From Setoptus koraiensis (Eukaryota; Animalia; Arthropoda), in the NCBI GenBank assembly GCA_048013815.1, contig CM106585.1, forward strand, positions 13,020,001 to 13,084,000: DNA of 64,000 nucleotides, given 5' to 3'. Shown one piece after another: positions 52,236 through 64,000 of the stretch (positions are counted from its first letter, which is position 1; every line of letters starts with the position of its first letter). Below the pieces are notes generated by a model. It was not told the origin of the DNA, made no database searches, and saw only the letters and a program-made list of their open reading frames with translations. The translations under genes were made by a program, and so were the position numbers.

Positions 52236-53562
52236 TTCTTCTCGCTTGCCTTTTCGCCTCTTCGTGACACTCATGTTGACAAGCCGCGACGATGTTGTCA
52301 AGATGAATTGTGTGTCCCTGTAGACAAATTCTCATACACGCGCAACACAATATCATCGACAGCACAATGCGACAGCGGCTTGGCACGGGGGCCGCTTGTT
52401 GGCATACTTTTGGCAGTAATGTCTGGCAGCAGTTTCGTGCGCAACCATCGACGCCAATATTGACAATATTCGGAAATGACAAAATGACGAAATGCAAGCT
52501 CAGCCAACATACACCAGACCCACTGGCCCAACTGAGGGCCGCAAGTGGGGCCAGATTACCTGAGGCTCAATTCCTGTTTCCATTCAGTTACAAAAGACAA
52601 AATGTTAACAGGGCCCCGGCGCAGCGGCCAGACCGAAATATGCTAAGCTTTTGCTCGGTTGCTGCTGCTTGCCGAAATCAAACAGCCCCCGCGCTAAGCT
52701 TGTTAGGTGTGCCAGGTAGGCGGCTATTATCTGTTGTTGCATTCTGTCGCTCGATAGTTGTCACCGGATAATTGCATTAGAAATTTCAATTGCCCAACGA
52801 CGAGCCTCCCGGGCCGCGCCGCTGCAACGGCTGCCCACCACTAACGCTATGAGCCACTCTGTTCGGGCTCGCCGGCCGCTGGGGCCCTGTTAACATTTTG
52901 TCCAATGTTGCGGGCTGGCCTGGGCCGCACTTATGACCGCTGTCGCGTTGGCGTTACATAACCGGATAAACCGCAGCCGTGCACTTGTTATTGAGCATTT
53001 TTTCACTTAGGTGTGCCCTCTATTTGCTTTCGGTGGGCGCCTGCTTTTTCAGCAAAAGTTGAGCGGGCGCGCTCAACTTCTTATCTGTTTGTGTGCGCGT
53101 CTCACAATCGCGCCTCACTTCTCGTCGCCAGATGATCCGGCCAGATTAGATCTGTAGTGGGGGCTGGCCGGGCATGCCAGCTCGCCGGCGAGAATTCATA
53201 AATCCAAGCATTGAATCGTTTTTTTCTGACGCCTTATTCCTTTGCCGCCTCATTGGTTTTTGGCGGGCTCTTGGGCCGGCTGGCTTGTGTCGGCAGCGGC
53301 GGCGGCATAAGTTTGCCCACGGTGGAGATATAGAAAGATTATGATCGCGCACAAACACAATTTCCTTTGCATCGCCACTATCTGTCCCGAACAGCGCCCC
53401 CTCGCTGCCAGCGTATTATGCCGGCAGCGTGGGGCACACAGTCAGACAATGTCGATCGGCGGCCCGAATCGCCGGCCGGGCTCGGGCCTTTTGGGGCCCG
53501 TCGGGCTCGGCCCGCGCCAGCGTGCTTGTCTTTGTTCGGCTGCCAGTTTCGGCATACTTGTT

Positions 53563-53570
53563 GTTGCCGC

Positions 53571-53601
<31 letters not shown>

Positions 53602-53612
53602 GATGTTGCTGT

Positions 53613-53654
<42 letters not shown>

Positions 53655-53655
53655 G
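53563..53655. repeat. (TGT/TGC)n trinucleotide tract
   Basis: Direct reading. Confidence 0.95.
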
Positions 53656-54339
53656 GTGATGTTTGGTCGGTTGAAGCGGCCGACACTAATGCGCGCACAC
53701 TATCGAATTCGAATCGTTACGTAAGCTAGGCGTGCGGCCGCTGATCCGGCGACACGTTACGTCAACTTATACGCGCCGCTCGTGGCGGCTTATACGCGCC
53801 AGCCCGCCAGACAGCAACATGCCAGCATGACACGCAGCGAGACGCATGACGCCGCTGCACCACAGATAGTGAGGGGCCAACATTAATGGCAAACAAACGG
53901 CTTGCCAGAGAGATAGATAGATAGATAGATAATTAAACATCGGCGCCAGTGTTACACGCACAGTAACGAGTCGCGTCGCCAAATTAAGCGCCCAGACCCT
54001 TGACTCGCCAGATGCGATAAAATGCGCCAGCCAGCCAACCAGCCAGCGGTAAAATAACAATAACGGATACGTTTTTGCGTGAATTATCTTGATCGGGTTT
54101 GCAAGTTTGTTGAGTCGGGGCGGCTGTCAATGGCGCTCGATAGCTTCCATTGTGTCGCCCCCGTCAGCTCGCGCTCTGCGTTGGCGGATTGTAGGCGCCA
54201 AAGGGGGACAAACAGTCGCAAGCGCCGAGGGGCCCCCAGTCTGTTTGGGCCCCTTTGGCTGGCGGCGGAAGACAGGAAGCGGAAGGAGGCGCGAGTGAAG
54301 TTGCGTAGGGCCGTGCGCCGTGCCGATGAGCCAATGAGA

Positions 54340-54450
54340 CCAAATGCCAATGAGCCAAAATGCCAATGAGCCAAAATGCCAAAATGCCAAAACGCCAAAA
54401 TGCCGAAATGCCAAAATGCCCGCCGAATGCCCGAAATGCCCGAAATGCCA
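54340..54450. repeat. Degenerate (CCAAAATG)n 8-9 bp tandem repeat
   Basis: Direct reading. Confidence 0.9.
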
Positions 54451-57400
54451 GCTAAATGGGTTAGCTGGCGGTGTGGCTGGCGCCTGTCAAGTACGTGATC
54501 TGCCAATGGGGCCAATGGCGCCTATTGGGGAATGTGTGCAAGTTGCATAAGTTATAGCGGGCCAATCTAATGATATAGTTGGCCGCTTTAAGTTGCATTG
54601 GCTTATCGGCTTGCCATTGTTTATCTCGGGGCGCTTCTCGCGGGTGTGTTTGCGCAGCACACAAAACCATCTGAGGCCCGGCCCCACAACTCGGACCCCA
54701 CAAGCGCGCACAGTGTGCGCAACTGGCAAGCTCTCTCCATGTCGATGTGTGCCAATGAACCTAAAACAAATAAATGCATCCCCCCACGAGGCTTGTTCGC
54801 CCCCCTAGCGCAGGCGGGCGCAAGCACCAAAATTCAAACGAGCATTCCCATTCTCTCTCGCCGCCGCCGCCCCCCCCCCTCTGACCTTGGTGTCCGTTGG
54901 GGCCCCCGCTCACATTAGCCCGGCTGGCGTAATGGCCTTTAGGCTCGCTTCATATAGATGTGCCCGTGTGCGGTTGTCGCGCGTGGCAAGCTAGCCCCAA
55001 CTAGCCCAGTCCGACGTGCTTGTGACGTAACGCTAATTTTAGCTCACGGGGCCAGCTACTAGATGGCGCACAGTGGACACAATAATGGCTGCTGAGCGCA
55101 CGTTGTGACTAGTTGCACAATGACGCCACTAACCCATAACATAACGGTATGCAGCGATGATTACTATCGTGACACAAGATATTATTATTATCTGCGGGGC
55201 CCAAATTGAGAAGTGTGTGCACCAGAGGGCAGTCGTGGCCGCTGTTGTAGTGTGACGGGCAGCGAAAAGATTTGAGAGAATTTCAGTGTTGAGGCGACAG
55301 CTCGCTCGATGCAACAAGATGCGTGCCGGCCGGCAATGCAAGTGGCAACGAGCGGCCAGTAGTTGATGGCTTGAGAGATGCTGTTTGTCATTGGGGCCCC
55401 AATGAATAACGTTAGCACGTAAAACAGATACAACAAGAGACGGCACCTGATTGCGTCGCACAAGCATGTGAGAGTGTGGCCAGTGTGTGTCGCACCGAAT
55501 TGAGTGCCGGACAATACCGCCGCTGTGTGCTGCACAATGACAACAATGGCACAGTAACAGTGGGGCACTTCCGGTGCAGCCAGACCATTAGAGGTGCTGG
55601 TGCAATCATTAGTTTGTAGTGACTTTCACAGTGAGCGACAGTGACAACCTGGCTGCGAGCGAGCAACTAAACTAAACTAAACTAAATGTGTGTGTGTGCG
55701 TGAATCAGCGAGGCCACGGGCCCCACTGATTCCAATCACAGTGGCTGTCACAAGTGGGGGCCTAATGATTACGGCGCCAAGTTTGCAGCCGCCAAGCGAG
55801 TGGCTCGGCGGCCAATCAGCTTGTCGTTTGGCCAGGTTTGATTGTTGCAAAAGAATTGCCATTGGTGTCGCGCTGTTATGTCACATACATTTATATTGCT
55901 TTGTATATATAGTGGCGCGTATATGGGCGAAACACAATTAATTTAACTCTCTGCAGAGCACAATTAACAGCGACAAACAAACCGACTGGCTTGTCCAAAG
56001 CAGCCGCGTCGCCGTTGTCGCAGGCCGACACAAACAATTGCGCAACACTGTTCGCAACACTATTCGCAACAACGACGCCGCCGACGACGACAACGGTTCG
56101 CCTGATTAAGCCCACCAGTCACTTGTGTTACCCGCACTGACGGGCCGGCCCGAAAAAAATCGCCGGCGCCGTGCAGCAGGCGACACCTTCTGCTGGCAAG
56201 CGATTTATAATTAGCGACAGGCGACATAATACACACACACACAGCGGCGCAATATCGAGATAATCAGCACAACATGCACAGTTATGCCAAGCGCTTGCCT
56301 AGCAAATACCCCCGAATACACTCAACGATAGCGCTGAATGGGGCCCGTCCGGGCAAAAGCAAACTTTGCTCAAAAATGTATACTATTGATACGATTATCT
56401 GCGCCAGGCCCGCTAATCTGGCCGGCCTGATGAGCGTATTTGTACATGGAGCCAGTGATAATAGCCGCCGCTGCCGCCGGCCACCGACAGCGGCAGCAAA
56501 AGAGAGCATCCACTCACAGGCACAATGAATACACTCTGAATAAATAAATTCTTAATGAAGCTCGCGCGCATAGTTTTTTGGGGCCCGCAGAGCGGGCTTT
56601 TCGTGGGCGGCCGCACGCAGCAGCAGAGCGGCAAATGGCGGCCAAGAAAGTGTATGAGTCAGTTTAAATCACCGATTAGTGTGTTGACTCTAATTTTTTT
56701 CTAGAGAGTCTCTAGTAGAGACGGGGCCACTCACGCGATTCTCGAGCCAACGTTCGGCTCAACATTTCGGCCAAAACTGGTTGACACTCAGGGCTGACAA
56801 TTGCACCCTTTGCGCCCCTCGTATCTCTACGACACGATCGCTGCTTTTGGCAATTTGTGAGCGCGACAGGACGTGATGCATTGTTGCTATAATTGTGTTA
56901 CATGATCCAAGGGGCCATCGCTAGAGGAGCTCTGGCCAAAGTTGTTGTCCGTGTACGAGCAAATTTTGCCAAAATTTCCAACTGGAAATATTGGCATAAC
57001 TCAAGAATTTCAAACGCAAACGCGACAGCCTGCGTTGAAATTCTTGAGCAGCCAGAGACGGCAGCAAGCAATGAATCATTGATGGATGTTGTTGCTGTCA
57101 AATAAGTGAGAAGAGGCCTTGGCCTGATTTGATTGGGCACACAAGCCTCTGTGTCCGCTGCCACGAATGAACATTTGCATGCACAACGGCGTCTTGTTGA
57201 TATGTGCTCAGTTCGGATTTCATTCTAGTCAGCATTTTGGCGACGCAACGACAAATTTTTTCTCGGAAATCTATCCATGGCATGCGACTGGATAAGAGGA
57301 CAGCCGCAAATTCGTGCCATGCAAAGCTGACGCTCCATAGTGAGAGGCCGGCTAACGGAACAGAATATTTATTTTGACTCGAACGCGAGTGACATGCAAC

Positions 57401-60400
57401 GATGCGCGATTAGGAGCAAGATAAACCGATCGTCGTCGACGTGCCCTTCTCATCGTGTCGCCCCCACATTAAAAATCTGATCCTGATTTGGGCGCATCAA
57501 TCATGCACAAGCACAGCGGCCAGTCAGTCAGCCGAGTCACACTGTGTCACTCAGAGATGAAAAATATAGAAATTGCTCATGAGAAATATGGGAATTGCTC
57601 ATGAAAGATATTGTTGAGGCCAACGGGCTGGACGAAACTCTAAAACAATCGGCCGAGATTCTCAGGCTGAGAAGGCCCGAATTGGGCTGCATTTGGACAA
57701 CTGTTTCGCCACGATGAGAAGACACGCGAAAATACATTGGCTTCGCTGGCATACTGGCCAAATGAACTTGACTCGGTTTCGTCGGGCCGGCACGAACGAG
57801 TTATAACTTGTGAGCGAACAGTGTTTTGTCGTGGGCCAATCTGGATGCGCGCACCAGGTAGAAATTAACAAGAATTGAGAACGATCCGCTCTCTTCCTTT
57901 CTATCTCGCCATCTAGCAGGTGACAGATAGAGAGACCAGATAGAGAGAGCGAATGTGCCAAAATGGTAATTTTATCTTATCACTATGCAGCCTCGCCATC
58001 CATTTAAATTAAATAGACTGTTTTCAGTTCAGCTTATATTGATGTGGGGCGCCATCTGGCCCCGCGACTACTGGCTCACTTGAGAGCGGCGCACAAGTCA
58101 ATTATGTCATTGGATTGGCACACGCCATTGGCTTAGACAGGCGGCTAGTTGGCGGAGATCTGAAACGCATTTGCGGGTGTCTACAACAAATCTTGCCCAG
58201 CACGAAGCGGCGTCATTATTGGGTGTCATTTGACGACCATGAACAATCGACAACGCAGATAATTGACGATGGAAATTCGCGGGGCCTCACTGTGTGTGCC
58301 GGTGACAATCGAAAAACACTTGACAATGGCGAACGAGCGGGCGGCTGCCTCATCGGCGCCGGTTATATATTATTACGGCAGAGTGTTGTCGTCAGGTGAG
58401 TGGAGCGATTCGGGTGAATTGGACCAATTGGGTGGCGCGCAAACAGACAGTTGGCTGGAGTCGCCATTAGAGGCGCGAGTGTCTTGGTTGCGCTGACGCT
58501 CTGGCGCGACTCTGACGCGACTCTGGCGCCACTAGATTCTGGCAACTGCATTCAGGTGACTGGCGACTGCATTCTGGCGAATGGCGTCTCCAAAATCGGG
58601 CCACCAGCGACTGGATTCGGTCGGGTGCGGCACGCCAGCGACCTCATACTGTGAAGACGCAAAATGCGCCTATGATAGATTTGGCTGGCTGCTGGTTGTA
58701 TAATTCCAGCATTGGCCAAGATAAGAGGCGCGCGTGGAAATAAAATATATAACAGGTATTGAGTGTCTATGATAGAGAGAGAGGGGGAGCTGCAAAATAA
58801 ATCGCAACTCAAGTATCGGCCATTAAGTATCAAGTATCAAAGTATTTGAGCCGTTGGATGTGCAGTGAACCAAATATGGTCGTTGATCATTGTGCCATTT
58901 TGCGCAAATTCGCACTGATGCTCTCTCGCCGGCCAATGGTTTGTTGCGCAACTTGCAACTTGCCACTTGCACAATGTCAACCGGCCCCACTTACATACTA
59001 ACACCAGATAAAATCAAGGTGAGCAGCACCGCTGATGGCAGGCAAAAAAGTGTGCCCGTGTGTGTGTTTAATGACACACACACACTGTGTAATGACACCT
59101 GTGTGCAACTCCACTCATGAATATCCATGCCAATTCAACTGGCCCAACTGGCACACGGGCCCCACCGTGGGGCCCGTGTCCATCCATTAACCGGGCCTGC
59201 CTATATAGCCCGCGCGATTCACCGCCAGCTAGGCGATTCACAGCTCGCGCGACGCGGGCACAAACTCGGGGCCCAGCCCCGCCGCTCGGGCTATACCCTA
59301 ATGGGGCCCACTTCAGCCCAGACAATATATTTATATATATATATATATTGAGCTATATTATATATACAACAGCGGCCCAGGAACACAAGACGGAGACGAG
59401 CGCTTGATCGAGCGAGCGGCGCCGTCGCAACACGACCACGATAACGACAACTGCGATATTCATGACAAAACGACATTAGACACCAATCACCATTTACCTG
59501 GCCGCACCGGGCCGCCCGCTAGCCGCATCGCCGGCCGCCCCACTTGTCGCACGAAAACAGATAATAAATCAAGTCGAGGCCGGCAAGTTGAGCTGCCGCT
59601 GAGTGCCACTTGCCACTTGACGCGCCCACCTCTCGCTCCGGCTTTGGCTTCGGGCCCCTCGGGGGCCCGCCAGCAAACGCGCTGTCGAGCTATCTTGTTG
59701 GCTTTCATTATCGCATTGTTGTTGTGCAATCATCGCACAATGTGTGCGCGATAAGTGTAACATGGTAATTCGAGCAAATTTACATTGGACAGAAAATAGA
59801 CGCGCCCGTGCCAAGAAAAACCAGTTGCCACCGCCACTGGCACAAAGCTTATTAAGTTATTGAGCGCCACTTTCTGGCCAGATAAACGACTCGTTTGGCA
59901 ACTTTTATCTGGCAATCATTGTTGATCGTCGGTGCGATCATCTGATTATGTCCGGATTTCGCAGAAATGCCGCCAAAAAAAGCAAGCTGTATAATTGCGA
60001 TTGGCACCGAAAAAAAAACAACAACACAACAACTGCTCGCCAGCGCCGTTGTTACCACTGACAGGTTTATCAGCACTCATCAAAACGAACGCATCACGGA
60101 CCTTGCATGCAAATTGCGCGTATTACGTGTATTTATCATTAGCATCTCGTCACTTTTTAGCGCGTAATTTGCGTAGTTTCGCAAAAGTCCAGCACGTGCC
60201 AAAGTACAACTCCGGGCCCGGTTCGATCGGCCCAAGGTTGTAGTTTGACCCGGCCGAACTCGGTCTTTCGAACGCAACGCCACGCCACGACAAATATCTG
60301 TCCCTGGGACAGTCCAATGATCGCGTATTGTCACCTCGAAAGGCTAATAACTGACCGACTGTCACCTCGCCGACTGTCCTCGTGTGTGATTTATTGACAA

Positions 60401-61141
60401 TACCAACAGTGACCGGGCGCACACTTTTTTGCAACTCATTTAGCCAGTTCTTGGGATCGGCAATTCGCTCAACACATACGCAGTTATGGCGAGCTCGCGG
60501 TCATTATTGGCACCATCATCATTCACTCGGCATTACGCGACGAATGCGCGTGATAATCTCGAACGCGTCGCAATTTTTTTCGCCTGGCCTAACTTCTCTC
60601 GCACCTCCTGAGGTCACCAAGCAATTGTCGCATGCTGAGAGGCTAGCCAACGTTTACGGGGGGCACTTATTCGATGACTTCGGAAACCATTTGAGCTCTC
60701 TCACAGGGGCACTGATCCTACGCTCCAACTTTGTCTAACGCATCGAGCTCTGTCCAGTTGGCGAGCCAGTTGCGACCATTTCCCTGTTGCAAGCCAATGA
60801 ATTCAATGGCAAACGTATGACACGTATGATATTATCGTCTGTACAAACCTGTACACTGCTCGAAATGTCTCATCAATTTCGACTTACTGGGGCCGCTTTT
60901 CCAACGCCGGAATCGCCGGGAAATTGGAGCTAGCAGAGAGATGACATTCGCGCCAACAGCTAATACAATTTCGTCCGGTGTGCCAGTTGCATTTGCCTAA
61001 TATTATTATGACAATAGCGAAATCATTTTTCAACGTGCGTCAAGTTGCATCTCTGGTCGGTTTTAGCTGTCGCTAGGATAGTTCAAGACTGGACCCATTA
61101 GAGGCTGGTGGCCAACATGTGTCCACGCTCATTAATGCTGC

Positions 61142-61511
61142 CTAATGACCAAGCACAACCTAATCGGTGCTTATTTTCGGAAATTTCGGTTGAAAAATAA
61201 AAATCATATTCGAAACTCGGCGGAAAATTCGGTCCAAATTTTCAGCAAATAATCCATTTTCCAGTAGCGCTTTAAGAGGATATATGCCATGGGCGCAAGC
61301 ATCGCCAAAAAACGCACATCGAAGCCTGGACATCTTAATCTTGTCAAATTCGTGCAAAACTCTCTGATACAGTCGAAAATGGGCTTTTTCGGCACGAAAA
61401 GCCCATTTTTTTGCCCAGCCCCATTTTTTCGGGCTCATTCTGCACGCTTATTTGTGCCGAAAACACACGAAACGAAGTTTCATTTCAATTGTTGTGCCCA
61501 CTAATGACCAA
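61142..61511. mobile_element. Candidate non-autonomous (MITE-like) insertion of ~350 bp
   Basis: 11-bp direct repeat CTAATGACCAA at 61142-61152 and 61501-61511; short inverted ends GCACAAC (61153-61159)/GTTGTGC (61491-61497); interior lacks the local microsatellite style; 13-bp perfect hairpin at 61376-61409. Confidence 0.35.
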
Positions 61512-61794
61512 TTGCGAGCACGTGGGCGCTTTTTGTCACATGGCACTGAACCCAAAATTGCCAGTTGGCCACAATTGTCAACAATGACACACAGCCTGTT
61601 AACTGTCAATCGACGTCTGACACTAGTGGCACTATTACGACGTATGACGTAGCCGCTGGCGTGTAGCAGACGTGTTATTTTATGACAATGAAGCAGCCAG
61701 CGAAAAAAACAAGAATTGTCATTGTTCTTTCAAACGTTAACGGTCGCGTTCTGTATTGTTTGGAAGTGGCACTTTGTCTCAATTTAACAATGCC

Positions 61795-61848
61795 TTTGGT
61801 CGCCTCTATTTGGTCGCCTCTATTTGGTCGCCTCTATTTGGTCGCCTC
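61795..61848. repeat. (TTTGGTCGCCTCTA) 14-bp tandem repeat x~4
   Basis: Direct reading. Confidence 0.95.
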
Positions 61849-62430
61849 CATTTCACAGCCGCCATTGCTATTGGGCGACACTACAAACAAACAGCCAGGT
61901 AACGCGGCCGTGTTTGAATATACCTGAATTATCGCGGGTCTAAAATTTAAAAAGTAAAACAGGCGAAGATAACAAGTGTTAGTGTAGTTGCTGGCGAGAC
62001 GCGTTATCGTGTAAAACGCGATAGTCTGACACCAACAAACCGCAAACCGTTGAATGTTCACTGATAAGTGATAATAAAGCATGAACGACAACCAGATAAC
62101 TGTTACGTTATCTTGCCGTTATCTATTGTTGCATTGTTGTCGAAAAACATGGTGGGGCCAGCAACAAACAAAACAGTGTGTTGATTGTTGATGCATGCTT
62201 AGCGTGTTTGTCACCTGTGTTACGACAACAAACATTGCACGACACACGCGGCACTATTTTTGAGCAGCCACACATCTAATTGAATATTACATAACTGCTC
62301 CATTGGTTGGTTGGCCTTTGCGCATTCAATGAAGCACAATGAGCATTTGCGGTTAATTACCGCTGCTTGTTGTCACATTATTGCGTAACACTAGCAACGC
62401 TTGGTCGCCCCTCAAAATCGACACTATGGG

Positions 62431-62431
62431 C

Positions 62432-62486
<55 letters not shown>

Positions 62487-62496
62487 TCAACAACAA
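62431..62496. repeat. (CAA)18-CAT-(CAA)3 microsatellite
   Basis: Direct reading. Confidence 0.97.
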
Positions 62497-63070
62497 TGGC
62501 TTGACCAGAATAAAGGGGTAGCCCGTTGGTTAAGCGAGTCGCTGCGCTGCATGGCCAGCATTTTCATTGCGGCAATCATTGAGAAAGACGCGCACGCACT
62601 ACGTGCACGCCAGATAAAACTATCTGGCCCATAAAATCGCACGTGGCACACTCGGCTCGACACGGCCCATGTACAGGTATCGCTGCTGCTATTGAACACC
62701 ATTACCATGTGACGCAATTCATCATAAGAATCGAGTGTCATTAGCTGCTGTAACAGCTCTTATTTGTCATTCGCAAATTACGGCCCCTTAGATATGTGGC
62801 GCCAGTTGTGCAATCTGTTGTGCCAGCCAGCGACTGGGGCCCCAGAGCCGCAGATATCGCAGATTCAGAGGCACTCTCTCAGCTTTCTGCCTGAGCGAGA
62901 CACTCGAATTTTTGGAGAACGATTATTGATATATTCATACAATAGCTAACCAGTGTTCTCCCCAGCATCAGCCAGCTTCTTGGGGCCCCTCGGCTCTTGT
63001 TGTCGCGTTGTCGTTATACCTGAGCGGGCTTGCAGCGGCAGCAGCAGCACTAAGCTAGCCCTGCCGCTGC

Positions 63071-63160
63071 TATCTGCAAACGTGAGTAAATATCTGCAGA
63101 TGTGAGTAAATATCTGCAGATGTGAGTAAATATCTGCTGACATTGATAAATATCTGCAGA
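63071..63160. repeat. 20-bp minisatellite GTGAGTAAATATCTGCAGAT x~4.5 (later units degenerate)
   Basis: Direct reading. Confidence 0.92.
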
Positions 63161-64000
63161 AATAAATATGTTTGCAAAAGAACATTTGCCCCACACAACA
63201 ATTGTGTGTGTGTGTCGACAATGGACAATGCCGGCCCGTCGCAAGTGCAGTATCGTTGATGACTGAGGCAGGATATTATTTGAAATAATATGGAGCAGGC
63301 GACACAAAGAAAAAGCGATCCCAATAGCGTCACAGTGGCAATAATATTTACAGTGAAAAATAAAACGCTGAAATAACGCGCCCAGTTGCACCAAGCCTCA
63401 CAATGGCATTAGATTAGCTGGGTGTGTGTGCAAAATGCCACGGAGCCAGATATTAAGTAGATAGATAAAAGTGGGACAGAGACGGGCCCCCATCCCGGTT
63501 GCGACGGGTGCCAGCGATAAGCGACAAGAGCGAAAACAGAGCAAGAAAACACAATGCCACCCAGCGGACCCTTGAAACGGGTCAACTTTCAACCTGTCAG
63601 AAACGAACGTTGCAAGGGCACCGGTGACGTTACGTAAGAGGACACGCGAATTGACCGGCGAATGTCGCCGGCCAGCTCTGCGTGCCTGTGCACTGGCACG
63701 CGCTGTCAGCGCGAGCACGCTTGGGGCGCCAAGTGAAAAAAGTGAAAAAGTGAAAGAGTGAAAAAATGAAATAGCGAAAAAGCTGAAAAAGGGGCCATTG
63801 TTAGCGGAGCGGTCATTGTCAGCGGATTTAAGCAGCTGCATTGTGTGTGCTACCGGCTACGTTATTGCCAGAAAATTGCTTGCGAGAGAGAGAGAGAGAG
63901 AGAGATTTCCGTTGGCGCGAGAAAGTTGTCACGAGAGAAGACAAATTTCAAAATTCAAGAGATTGATCGAGAGGCGCCCGATTGAGATAAAAGAGCCGGC

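Noticed and set aside
55891-56115. AAALDK and (60720-60760) DALDK as the Epac WxxxLDK start
   Set aside because: No preceding Trp at the right spacing, no RP continuation and no proper donor.
60200-60260. GGTTCGATC B-box-like motif as a second tRNA
   Set aside because: No cloverleaf, A-box or acceptor stem.

Overview
Eukaryotic (metazoan) genomic DNA, most likely from an acariform mite and possibly an eriophyoid. This taxon call is inference from the bacterial-type intronless UGT, an intronless DMXL, short introns and extreme CAA/CAG low-complexity coding. From left to right: (1) a minus-strand gene built around one 9.7-kb low-complexity coding exon (1042-10742) of unknown function; (2) an intronless DmX-like/Rabconnectin-3 alpha gene (11811-17000) that stops after the Rav1-like region and lacks the usual C-terminal WD40 part; (3) a degenerate orphan ORF with a frameshifted tandem copy (about 17.8-19.2 kb); (4) a plus-strand intronless Q/N-rich gene (20264-22654); (5) an intronless bacterial-type (MGT/OleD-like) UDP-glycosyltransferase (23190-24653); (6) a minus-strand Epac/RAPGEF4 gene for which I could chain 15 exons in phase (44142 to 25335). 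Its CNB-A site is degenerate, it has large Q/N insertions, one probable GC-AG intron and an intronic tRNA-Glu(CTC), and I could not find its first exon(s); (7) about 20 kb (44.2-64 kb) with no recognisable CDS, rich in micro/minisatellites and a few TE-like islands. I found no CRISPR array, rRNA or prokaryotic operon, and no evidence for a wholly new multi-gene system. The best leads are the truncated DMXL, the remodelled Epac and the giant exon. All counts and alignments were made by eye.
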